A stretch of DNA of 62,240 nt, counting the filler, from Choristocarpus tenellus KU-1152 (Eukaryota > Protista > Phaeophyceae): the NCBI GenBank assembly GCA_964200185.2. It is 12 parts of 12 records of this genome, joined end to end, with 100 filler letters (N's around TTAATTAATTAA, not from the genome) between each part and the next. Parts side by side here need not be neighbours in the genome. Positions count along the whole stretch, not along the records: positions 48,188 to 51,706 come from CAXNAD020019488.1; positions 51,807 to 55,687 come from CAXNAD020017402.1; positions 55,788 to 58,990 come from CAXNAD020021577.1; positions 59,091 to 62,240 come from CAXNAD020021954.1; 8 more parts are not named here. One strand, given 5' to 3'. The translations under genes and the position numbers were made by a program. Under the pieces are notes generated by a model that made no database searches, had not been told where the DNA came from, and saw only the letters and a list, made by a program, of their open reading frames with translations. The number at the start of each line of letters is the position of its first letter. Within the stretch, counting starts at the first letter, position 1. Below are positions 51,365 to 62,240 of the stretch, piece by piece.

Positions 51365-51706
51365 CTAATCTCTTGTGTAAGTGCAACCAGAGAACTGAGA
51401 CAGTAAGCCAAGGTTTTTGGTGGGGAACTCTTCATTCAGGGAAGCACAAAGATCATTGTAATCATCAGACGCCAAAACCATCATATCATCTACATGGACG
51501 GCAAGCATCATCTTGATAACACCGTCTTTCCTGAATCTAAATATACACGGATCAATCAGACACTGCTCAAAACCATTGCGCTTAAGGGTGGAAACCAGCT
51601 TGGTATTCCAAGCCCTAGAGGCTTGCTTCAAGCAATATAGGGATCTGTGAAGGCGTACGGTCCAATAAGAGAGATCTCCACATCCCTGTCGGAGGTGCAT
51701 GTACAC
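51365..51706 (-). mobile_element. Ty1/copia reverse transcriptase (RVT_2) fragment
   Basis: LHRSLYCLKQASRAWN, GFEQCLIDPCIF, LAVHVDDM, LGLLSQFSG motifs. Confidence 0.9.
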
Positions 51707-51806
51707 NNNNNNNNNNNNNNNNNNNNNNNNNNNNNNNNNNNNNNNNNNNNTTAATTAATTAANNNNNNNNNNNNNNNNNNNNNNNNNNNNNNNNNNNNNN
51801 NNNNNN

Positions 51807-51973
51807 TGTGGTGTTACGGCTGGGAGCGGCGGGTGAGGGGGGAGGCGGGTGGGGTCTACGCCAGGGTGTCAATTATCCATCCAACATATGCAACCAAATC
51901 ACCCAAAAGTCACGACATGGAAAATGGGGCCTGAATGGACAGCCATCACTCCCCCCCCCAGATACTTTGAGCC
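51807..51973. mobile_element. MITE family 1 copy (left end diverged or truncated at contig start)
   Basis: GGGGTCTAC..ACCAAATCACC..GGACAGC..(C)nAGATACTTTGAGCC|AGT. Confidence 0.75.
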
Positions 51974-52613
51974 AGTCGGGTATGAAATAGTATCAACCTG
52001 ATGGCGCCCAGTGAAGCAACAATTCTTCGATGTCGTAGGCGGGAACTGTGCACGATGCCCCACAGTCTCAGATTCAAACAGTTAAAAGGCCTTCGTGAGA
52101 TACAAGTGACCCTGCACTGGGTATCACAATTGAGATTCTGAAGACTTTGCGACAGGTTGTATCATGGGAAAATGCAAGCTCAAAAATGAAGCAGGCAACG
52201 GCCGAGATGCACGAAAGGAGAAGAAGGCAAAGGCTGAGTTGCTGCCTTTGAATGAAGCTGCAAACCATGCCCGGAGGCAGAGGTTTAAGCTGAAGACGAG
52301 TGAGGCGGATGAAGAGAGCAAGTTGAGAAGGGAGAACCCCATTCCTCCCTGTGGGACTGAGGACGACACCCCCCAAGTTTAGAGATTGAGAAGAGTGTAG
52401 AAAAGAGTGATGAAGACCAGGAGAAGGATGTGGACGAAGAGGTGAATGGAGACATGGCAGCCTGGGTAGAGATTTAGAGAAACGATGAGCCTGCATGAAC
52501 ACAAAACACTTCAATGCTTCACTTCTTCAGTGACCTCAAAATGAACAACAGGGTCGGGAAGGTCTATCCCACAGAGTAACATGCCGAGATACATATTATT
52601 TCGTGTCTACTAC

Positions 52614-52868
52614 GACCAAGTAAAGGAGAGATACTCAGGTTTTGTCCATTTTGGAATTAAAGCCAGTTTTCGATCTTTTGCGATTCACCCATACTTCTCT
52701 GGGTGAAGAACTAAATATGAGACGAGAGTGTCGATTACTCTATTGTTTTAAACTCGTCGACAAAATTGAAAAATATCCTATATGAATTTTTTTTTTTTTT
52801 TAATTCCACGTATTTGTCAGCATCCTTTAAATGCAACTCTGGTTACCTCTCGTTCACTTGACTCTGTG
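52614..52868. mobile_element. MITE family 2 copy
   Basis: CATCCTTTAAATGCAACTCTGGTTACCTCTCGTTCACTTGACTCTGTG is nearly identical to 35331-35379. Confidence 0.65.
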
Positions 52869-53661
52869 GTCTCTTCACTTTCCATGCCTTGTACGCCAAA
52901 TACTCAAAGGTACGACACTACTAATCCACCAGAAAATGCGGTATTTCTCAAGTCCTGTATTGCACCTAACGGTATGGCCTCTACCTGCACAAGTTTCCCA
53001 ACATACGCTCTTTGCGAACATACGCTTCCTCGAGTAAATGTTTTGAATGTCATTTTTTTTCCCAGTAATTTCCACTCCATTCACACAACCTCAAAACACT
53101 TCCGTAAACGATTAATACCATTTTTGATACCTATAGAAGATATATTTTTTCGCTCATTCGACCAAATGTCCCTTCCCATCAGCTTTCACCTTGCACATTT
53201 TTCTTCTGGTTGTAGAAAGAACTACAATGAAAGTTATCTTTGCCTATTGGTTCCTTCTCAAATAATATAAATTACTTTGGTACCTATCGCTACACACGAA
53301 ACGTGGATATATCTAACTACCCTCCTACCAACCCCTACCCCACGTGTTGTACCTATATTTCTTGTATCATATAGTACGACACTTCTCCAAAAAAAAAGAT
53401 CGATAGAAGAAGGTTTGGCGTCAAAGGGTTTGAACATACGAAAATCATGCTGGTAATATATATATTTTTCTATTCGATCACTACTGTATATTGGGATGAA
53501 AAACGTGTATGGTTGAAGGGATTGGGACCCTCAAAAGTTGTGTAGGTATGCTTTATAGTATGAACAGGAAGTGCATTATGTTGTACGTCCGACCGTCGGT
53601 CAGGGTCATCCCAGACAAAGATTCTAGTGTTGTCCACACAATATTGTTAATAGCAATAGAA

Positions 53662-53680
53662 CAGTAATGGTAATAGTAGT

Positions 53681-53711
<31 letters not shown>

Positions 53712-53826
53712 CGAGTAGTAGCAGCAGTAGCATCAGTAGTAGTAGTGGTGGTGGTGGTGGTGGTGGTGGTGGTAGCAATAGTGCTAGTAGTAGTACTAGT
53801 AGTACTAGTAGTACTAGTAGTAGTTA

Positions 53827-53879
<53 letters not shown>

Positions 53880-53901
53880 ATAGGAATAGTAATAGTAATA
53901 A
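53662..53901 (+). repeat. Compound trinucleotide microsatellite (GCA)n(GTG)n(GTA)n
   Basis: Direct observation. Confidence 0.92.
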
Positions 53902-55355
53902 CAAAAATAAAGAGATAACAATAATCTTACTAATCGCATTATGGTAAAATCTTATCATAATAGTGTAATGGGACCTGGTTCTGTGTGATGGGGGGTGATG
54001 AGAACCACTAGAGATGATGTTCAGAAAGGAAGTGAGAGATGAGACTGAGGCATGCTGGGTGTATGTTGACAACCTCAGAGTGCCATGTGGATCAATCTTC
54101 AATGTGATTGGTTGTGACCAGTCAGAACAGAGAACACACTCTCGGCTTTGCTGGTTTGAATCCACTGTTCATGTCGGGTTTATCACATGCCAGTCGTGCG
54201 TCTGACCCACATGTCATCACTTGGCCTGGTCTCAATCGCAAAAGGTGACGCGCGCAAATGTTTATGACCGCACGTATTATCCTTATCAATGTCGGAGATC
54301 CAAAAAAGGTGACCTGTCCGTGACAATAATCAAGATAATGTTAATTATCATAACCATAGTAACAGTGCTAATATTCAAAATCATAATCATAATATATTAA
54401 TACAATAGTATAGAAGTGTCAATGGTCCTTAGTTCTCTCTGTCTGGTAGGCCAGGGCAATGACAATTGTCAGACTGAGCTCTTCAAAAGACGGCATGACC
54501 GAGGTTCATACATGTTGACCCAGCCTTCTCAACTTCAGTTGAGCCAAATCAGAACAGGACAGTAATTTCAGCACACAACAGATGTCTCAGCAGAAATACA
54601 GGTAAGTCGGAAATGGAGTGGAACTTCATTCTGACTGTCCTTCTTGCTGTTCGGCTAGATCTGGATCTGCTGTGAATGTGGTTTGTTGACTGGTCGTCAT
54701 GAGCATGGTCAACGGCAAAAGATGCTGCACATAAATGCATGTGACTGCGCGCGATATCCACATAAGTGTTCCGAGATCCTATCCGGTACAAATAAATAAT
54801 GACTGGCCAGCACTTCATGTGGGACAGATCCTTGGGAGGAAACTCCTCCTTTTTTAAATAACCCAGGGAACAACATGTGGAGCACTAGGGATGATCAGCC
54901 CCAAGTCACACTCTAATACAGTGCAGGAAAGTATGCCTTAACGTGTGGAAAGCGTAGTGAGAAAAATTATGTGGTCAAGATTATCTCCTACATGCCCCCA
55001 GGGATCTGAGTGGACTAAGTTCAGTAACAACACAGCTACTTTGGTATCATCAAGTCATCCATTAGGACTATTGCAGGGATATGCCAAGAGTAATCGGAAA
55101 CTCATCATCTCTTATATTTCACCTGATAAAACACTTGCTAACCAAGGTGCATGGAAACCAGGAAAAAATATATATTACAGATATATTTGTTGCATGCGCG
55201 TTTGTAAATATTTGAGCAATATGAAGTGCATTTGATGTATGCATACTTCTTCACAAGGTAGGACCGACCTGGGTATAGTTCTCCATATTAGAGTTATGTT
55301 TCTACCCCACAAGCCTAAGTCGTCAGATAGATGACCTCCAAATTCCACCCAGAGC

Positions 55356-55615
55356 GAGTCAAAGTAGAAAAGAGGTGCCCAGAGTTAAATTTTAAAGACG
55401 CTGACATATGTGTGCAAATTTCGGCTTTTTCTACAAATGGTTGTAAGAACCTTTCTGAATTCTGTCGAAAAGTATCAAACAATAGAGAAATCAACAGTCT
55501 CAAGTCAAACTTGGCAAGTCACCCATACAAATATGGGTGAATTGTAAAGATTGAAAACTGGCTTTTAATGTAAAACGGTCAAACCTAGGTACCTCCCGTT
55601 TACTTTGACTTTGTG
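55356..55615. mobile_element. MITE family 2 copy (inverted relative to 35117)
   Basis: GAGTCAAAGTAGAAAAGAGGTGCCCAGAG ... CTAGGTACCTCCCGTTTACTTTGACT inverted termini. Confidence 0.7.
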
Positions 55616-55646
55616 CCATGTTTTGGCCTTAAAAGAATTTAGTGAT

Positions 55647-55687
55647 GACCCAAAGTATCTGGGGGGGTGGGAGGGGTCTACACGAGG
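55647..55687. mobile_element. MITE family 1 terminus at contig end
   Basis: GAT|GACCCAAAGTATCTG(G)n..GGGGTCTACAC. Confidence 0.75.
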
Positions 55688-55787
55688 NNNNNNNNNNNNN
55701 NNNNNNNNNNNNNNNNNNNNNNNNNNNNNNNTTAATTAATTAANNNNNNNNNNNNNNNNNNNNNNNNNNNNNNNNNNNNNNNNNNNN

Positions 55788-55891
55788 GGTACGTCGCGCG
55801 AGTTAGCGACTATTGTTTTTCCTGTTTTTATTGACACCGCGGTCCCTGGATGGGCTCCCCCCCCCCCCCCCCCCCACAGATACTTTGGGTC
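55788..55891. mobile_element. MITE family 1 terminus (variant internal sequence, like the left part of the 35785 copy)
   Basis: ACACCGCGGTCC..(C)nACAGATACTTTGGGTC. Confidence 0.7.
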
Positions 55892-58525
55892 TCAGTCAAG
55901 GGGCATATTTTTTTTCGACAATCGGAAGGCTACAATAGACCTGTTTACGCTTATATTGCACTTGCTTGTCGTTGTGTTGGTCATGTCGCAGGTACTTGCA
56001 CCACGTACCGGTTCATGTGTTGATACCTTGCTCAATAGCAGCCGACTCAATGGAGAAGAGTCCCTCCCTCTCTTCACTGCTGTGGCCGTTTTTCCTTTGC
56101 CCTGCTCCCAATTAATCTCCTGCACCTCAACTGCGTGCATTCAAATTGCATTATCTCTTCCAGGGACTTAACACGCCGTTTTCACGGAACAAATGAGCGG
56201 CTTGGGCTGAGATCACTCTGGACAAGCATTCAATTCTACACCCTGGTGGGTCCATAAGATGTGTCTGCCTTTGCTCTGGTTATGATCGGTCTCAACTGAG
56301 CAGTTCAGAACTGGACTGTGCACAGGTGTCATTTTTTTGTCTTCGCCCTGCAGCTTCTATTCCTACTTCCACAAGATTGTATGTCCATACTTCGGTTCTT
56401 CCCTCCACTCCTCGACATGCCTTGGCCAACATGCTAGACTGCCACCTCATGCACTCGCTTGAAAAGGTTGTAAAGCACTTGATGGTGGCTGATTGAGGGC
56501 CTCGAGACAAGTGCGAGAGGGTCACGCTTACTTCAACGTTCAGGAATGGAAGCTTTTTTTATAAGGCTTGGGGAGCAGTGCATTTAAGACCACCGGCTAA
56601 CTTGAGACAACCGCAAGTACTCTATCTAGTATCAGTTCCTGGCACAGGAGAGATGATGCATTATACAACATGGTAGTAGGAGTATCACTCATTTATTGCT
56701 CCTGAACAGGAACAGTAACAACACTGATAAATCTCTTCACACAACAATGACTATGACCCACTGTCATCGTGTATCTCAAGAAAGACAAGTTGCCATTAGT
56801 CTCTTACGTACTTTGTGATTGTTGGCGCATGGCATCCTTACAACTTTAGCTCCTCAGCCAGGTAATCACTCCGAGTTTCCGGAATCAGAGCCACGAACTA
56901 CGAGTTGTTTGTTGATGTAATGAATTCCTTGGTTTTTACTTGTTCAAATGATATACTTACGGTTAGGTGCAATATTAATTAATTTAGTATACATTTATTC
57001 AGAGGCTCAATTTTTGTTGTCTGTATTCCTGAGTCTCTAGTATCATACAAAGAAATACCCTACCCAGGAGTGTACTGTACCACACACCTAACATGTGAGA
57101 TATGACGAAGACCTTTTCAGGTTACTTAGTGCTACAAGTACAAATCTGCGAGCAAGCATTCTGATGTAAAACAGAATGGGTCATCACAATCTTAGAGGTG
57201 TCACCTCTCGTACAAATGCGTATATACATCTACTGTGTAAGCACATTATCCCGTGTGTGTGCTGCTAGTACAGAAGAAAATCATATTTAAACAATGAGGT
57301 CTCCAATACCTTGGCAGACGCTCAAACGTACTTTCCTTGAGATTTGTCACACATACATGGTCTTTCATACACTATGTATACTTGTCAACGCATCTAGCAT
57401 CTTGCATGGTAAACAGTGACAAGAGTGCTCCGATTCTTAGATATTTTTTTGGATGTGTGCCAAGAAGGACTAGACGTTCTCTCAGTCCCATCCCCTTAAT
57501 CACTCATCATCCATGGAGTACATTTTTGAAGATAACGAGTGGGACTCAATGATTTGAAGAGGGTAAATCTGCTGCATGTCACGAAAAAGTATCAACACTA
57601 TTTTACGACCATTCTCTTATCTCTTTTCTATATGTTTGCAAGGAAAGTTTGTCATATTTAGCTTCATTCCTCAACTTTTAATACTATTTCAGCGGGATGT
57701 ATGCAGGTCATGTTACTAAAATGTTTCCAATTTTTGTGCAAAATGATTATTTGTACTTGGTACTCCAAAATATATTTAGAGGTCATTATCAATTCTATTC
57801 GATGGCTTGTTTGTTGAGCAAATATGTGCATACTAGGTTTATATAAGTGTGTGCGTTTGGTAAAAAAATATGGCATCATGAACGGGCAGGAACCCACTCA
57901 CTTCATAATGATCTCAACATTCTCTACTACAGCGAATATTCAAATCTTTCATGTGTGATCACCCTACATAAAACTACTGATGGGACGTACATACCACAGA
58001 GCACATCACAATTAGTTGCTTGCTGTCGACGTGATGGCTTTTCCTCAATGTAATTCTCAATAGGGTGCACGGAGATCCAATAGGATGCATTGCTACTTCT
58101 TGTGCCCTGGAACATCTACCAGGTCATCTGATTCAAATCCCATGCGAGCTTCTATTTCCTCTCAATTTACGTCTGATTTAATCAAAGAAAGCATAGTAGA
58201 AAGGCAATACAATTTGCTCCACAGGCATTACACTGTCAATAAGCAACCACAAGAAGAGAGAGCCTAAAACTAACTTACGGAGTAAATCGAAATGAGGAAT
58301 ATCCAGTTCTCAATTTATTGGTTCGGTCTTAAGAATTAGTCAATTGAACTCAACGCAAAAAGGGCAGATGCTAAGACGGCAAGATGTCAATCTCACACAC
58401 CAATATCTTCCATCTCTTGCACTTACTTCAGGACTCTCAAGTTCCAATCAAAGATGTCACTTCCTAGACACTACTCTTATTTTCGGTATATTCGAAAGTA
58501 ACGAAGGAAACATGATACTACTCCA

Positions 58526-58990
58526 GTGGTGGCTGATGGGGAATTGGTTAGGGTATTTCCGCACGAGGATGATAACGACCTTCCAGGGTCCCCTACTGTG
58601 CAGCACAAGAGTCATATCCCCCAAACCATGATCATTGCAGTCAACACCCGCCCAGATTCGGCTCACAGATTTGATGGAAAGCTTGGTGTTAAGCGTGTGT
58701 GTGCACCAAAAACGGTAGACAGGACAAGCAAGAACCATAAAAAAGGGGATGTGTATGAGCAGGACTGTCCTTTAGACCATTTGTGGTTTAGGAAGTGGTA
58801 TACGGAGGAGTTACTGCCTGCAATCAAGACCAAGATGCTTTAGTTGCAGAGGAAGCACATTGTCGTTCAGTAAGACGGTGCCACCCCCCACATGGGCAAG
58901 GGCAACTCAGAAATCTTGTCAGGGGCAGGGAAGACTGAGGGGTAGTCGATTAGGCTTGTGACGCAGCCATCTAACTCCCCCGACCTCAAT
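58526..58990 (+). mobile_element. Tc1/mariner transposase pseudogene, plant/oomycete mariner (DD39D-like) type
   Basis: QHKSHIPQTMIIAVNTRP..FDGKLG..RTSKNHKKG..LLPAIKTKM..IVVQ*DGATPH..IRLVTQPSNSPDLN; in-frame stops; cut by contig end. Confidence 0.85.
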
Positions 58991-59498
58991 NNNNNNNNNN
59001 NNNNNNNNNNNNNNNNNNNNNNNNNNNNNNNNNNTTAATTAATTAANNNNNNNNNNNNNNNNNNNNNNNNNNNNNNNNNNNNNNNNNNNNGGATCAGGGG
59101 AAGGCAAAGGGCAAGTGGATTCTAATTAATCAAGAATCAGTATTTGCCGTTCAATTAACAATAAAATAATTCAGATTGTGTACATTCTGTTTTTTTCACA
59201 AATTCTACCTGTATATATATAATTATACATATATATATCTATATACCCTCAAAACCACAAAACCACAAAACCAGACATATCCAGAAAGTTAACTGGAAGG
59301 AGGCCATGGTTAAAATTAAAAAATAATAACATAAAAAGCAAAGAGGCAAACACACTCACCAACAAAGGCGAAACTACTACACCATTGCTTCGTAAGAACT
59401 AGATAAAAAAAGACCAACCAAACCCAGCCCATACAAGTGTTTTTTTTTCTTGACCAGCAGTACAATACAGTTAAAAGTTCAAGACTCTTTATGTTCAC

Positions 59499-61466
59499 CT
59501 GAGTGTGCATGGCCTCATGTACATCCTGCCTTCGGAGAGCCCGCCTCTTCTGCTGCTGGCATACCGCCCATGATTCTTTGGCCATGAGGCCGGTGAACAG
59601 TTCCTTTTCAGGGTGAGAGGGTTAGGGTTAGGGTTAGGATTAGGATTAGTTTTCTCAAAAGTGCAGAGAAGATACTGGATGGAAAGAAGCAAAAGCCAGT
59701 ACTGGAACAATTAGAATTACAATATATATATATATACATTAAAAAAAATAAAAATAAAATCGGTTTCCGTCAAAAAGAACAAAAAAAATGGTTCTCTCTT
59801 CAATCGCAGAATATTAAAAAACTCAAATACACACTCACTCCTATCAGACACAAACAGAACAATAACGATAATAATAGCACAGAGGTATCATCGCAATGAT
59901 TGCATCTCCTACCTAGCAAAAAAAAACACACAACAAAAATAAACGAACTCACCATCGCCTTCCCAATGGTCGCAATCGCCTCCTTGGTGATGCTCTGTAC
60001 ATCTGTGTCCAGCTTGATTATGCGCCTAAGCCTCCCTGGAACATACCATAGAGTAGTTAGTACATGTACAATAAAAAAAACGGGTAGCCAGGTGAGAACA
60101 CACGCCTGGCAGGCACTACCAGATGAGCTATATATACATTGCGTAATGCTGATACACCTTGAGGGGTTATCATTACACCACCCAAAACATAGCCCCAAAA
60201 CATTATTATTTATTATTATACCCTCCAATGTCAATGTCATACATACCCCGGAGTGTCACACCAAGAGATAGATCAGTTCATTAGGTACGGCATTCAAACG
60301 ACTGTATAGAAAATCTGTCAGAGGGCATCCGAGGGGGATAAAAAAAGCCTGTCAAGGTTAAGCAATAGTGGATAAAAAGTATACTTCTGCATTCTTTAGC
60401 GAGGGTCGAGAGCGTGAATTTAAAAAAAATATCAAAGAAAAGAGCCAGTTAGTCAACGGGATGAATTCAATCCACCCCTCTGATGAAAAGTGCAGAAAAA
60501 CAGAGTTAATTTCCTGTTTTTTGGGGTGTATTCACAGGTCCCATCACTATGAAAAAAAAGTACAATGCCACACCCAACAAAGCAAAGTAGAACACTACTA
60601 GACTACTCACCTCGCCCTTCCTAACATAACACATTCAACTGCCTCCTTCGCCTCACATGCTTACAGAGAGCAGGTTGGGGCAGCAGGGCTGACCCTAACC
60701 TTACTGGTTTCCTTTTGTCTAAAATAAAAATTCGAACAACTCGATACATTATATCATTATACTTTCCTCTTCTGTTTTTTTTTCTGCCTCAGAAAAAAAA
60801 ACAAAAAACAAGGGCAGTGGGGGGGGGGCACTGTAATAGAAAAAGTTGAACTACATAACTGTAACTGTTGAAAGCATATTGTAAAGGGTGGACTGAGTTC
60901 CTGGAGTCAACCTTCCCTTTGGCATTGTCAACACGAAAAAAAGAGAGCATCATGAAAATGAAACGCCTTCCATTGCACCCCAATGTAACATGTAAAAATA
61001 CAAGACTGCCAGCATCCCTAACCCTATAACATGGGGACAGGGAGAAGGAGGCACACGGGGGGGGAGTGGGATTTGCTCACCCAATGGACACCCAAGCTCC
61101 GTTGAGACCACCGATCCTGAAGGGACCTTCTTCGAACTGTCGTCTTCCACTTCCTCTTTGCAGCCTCTGGCGGGGACCTCCTGCACAAAGGAGGGGTCCA
61201 GGGGAATACTGCGTATCAAGGGAGGAGCAGGTCCAAGGCATGGTCCAAGGCACACACCAGTGTAATTGATGAAACAACATACAACTGTTATATCAGTGTG
61301 TCAGTATCTATCTCATCACACACACACACACGTGTGTGCGTATATTAAAAAAATTCTAATTCACCTTCAATTTCTTGGCCTTGAAGAGCTCCGTGTTGAA
61401 CCTGGCCCTGGAGCAGTACTCTTCTTTCTCTTTCGCCGGAAGGTTCTTCCACCTCTCTCCCATAAC
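59499..61466 (-). CDS. HMG-box plus H2A-like histone-fold (NF-YC/CHRAC1/POLE4-like) protein, partial
   Basis: Phase-consistent exons 61466-61365 (VMGERWKNLPAKEKEEYCSRARFNTELFK, HMG helices 2-3), 61180-61081 (linker to LGCPL), 60035-59953 (GRLRRIIKLDTDVQSITKEAIATIGKAM), 59603-59499 (ELFTGLMAKESWAVCQQQKRRALRRQDVHEAMH). Confidence 0.8.
59617..59651. repeat. Interstitial telomere-like (TTAGGG)n. Shorter copies at ~3421, ~4797, ~5461, ~6945, ~20958, ~21111, ~39378
   Basis: GGGTTAGGGTTAGGGTTAGGATTAGGATTAG. Confidence 0.8.
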
Positions 61467-62240
61467 CTAAAGAAAAGAAAAGAAATTGACGTTACGCTTG
61501 TTCAAAAATAAAGGGGGGTATTATAGGATTAGGGTTACCATGAGGGGAGTTGTTGCAAGTACATCATTAAGCGCAGAGGAAACGATGCAGTAGTACTACC
61601 CACCAGCAGCAAATAGTAGTGTAGATTGGATTGTGCACACAAAGATACATAAATATTAAAAAAAGTGTGGAACGATCGAAACAGTCCCTCTACAAGTACA
61701 GTGACGTCATCGCCAGGTACAAAAAAATAAAAACAATATTCATGCCGTACACAGGTAGGTCTGACTACCTCAAGCCTACACAAAAAAAGCTTCACCAATC
61801 GTAGGGGGGGGGGGGGGGGGGGGGGGGGGGGGAGACCATTACAAATAAAAAAACAAACCAAAACCGAACGTTTGATATAAAAAAAAAAAAGAGAAGAACA
61901 ATAAAANNNNNNNNNNTTTTTTCTCTTTTCTTTCTGGTTTGTTTGGTGGGGGGGGGGGGGGGGGGGGGGGGGAAGGGGGGAATTCATGCAGTTACACATT
62001 GAAAACCCAATGCAAACCTGTGTTTTCAACAGAAAAGAAAATTGGTTCGTAATATCCAGACAGGCTTGTTCCGCTACAAGGGAGACAGGAGACGGGCAAA
62101 CCACACCATGCATTTTTATTATTTCTTCTCGTTGCCCTCCTCACTATTTACTACCCATCGTTAACCCCACAGACACATTCCAATTGCCCCCCCCCCCCGA
62201 CCCCCCCCCCCCCCCCCCCCCCCGCAACCAACACTCTCCA

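Noticed and set aside
53667-54165. Poly-Val and poly-Leu membrane-like ORFs
   Set aside because: Trinucleotide microsatellite translation
57927-58115. QQATNCDVLCGMYV resembling the Ulp1/C48 protease QxNxxDCG motif
   Set aside because: Spacing imperfect and no upstream HW/D catalytic motifs seen
12278-59090. Regularly recurring TTAATTAATTAA palindrome as a biological repeat or CRISPR-like array
   Set aside because: Always embedded in exactly 44+44 Ns; it is an artificial six-frame-stop linker

Overview
Eukaryotic, intron-rich genomic DNA, most likely a photosynthetic stramenopile and probably a brown alga. This is inferred from a bipartite signal plus ASG|F plastid presequence, TTAGGG repeats and a CRE-like retroelement of a type I recall from Ectocarpus. 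The window is not contiguous: it consists of 12 pieces joined by 11 artificial 100-nt linkers (N44-TTAATTAATTAA-N44), so synteny across linkers is unreliable. Hand-spliced genes: a complete 11-exon plastid-targeted TIC62-like NAD(P)-binding protein; partial SERCA-type Ca2+-ATPase; HEAT-repeat (DNAAF5-like) protein; CCT2; an MFS transporter; an FHA + SIM-like + Tudor-like protein; an HMG-box + histone-fold protein; and two unknown ORFs. There is one tRNA-like gene with a GTC anticodon on an Asn-like body. Mobile DNA includes two apparently related MITE families (one with poly-G terminal repeats, 10 termini), relics of copia, CRE-like LINE and DD39D-type mariner elements, an unidentified dispersed repeat, and many micro/minisatellites. 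No prokaryotic-type system (CRISPR, operon) is present. The most notable items are the FHA/SIM/Tudor and HMG/histone-fold architectures, the anticodon-shifted tRNA, the MITE families, and unusual splice-site usage (frequent AAG acceptors, GC donors, telomere-like repeats at branch-point positions). All family calls come from motif recognition by eye, not database searches.
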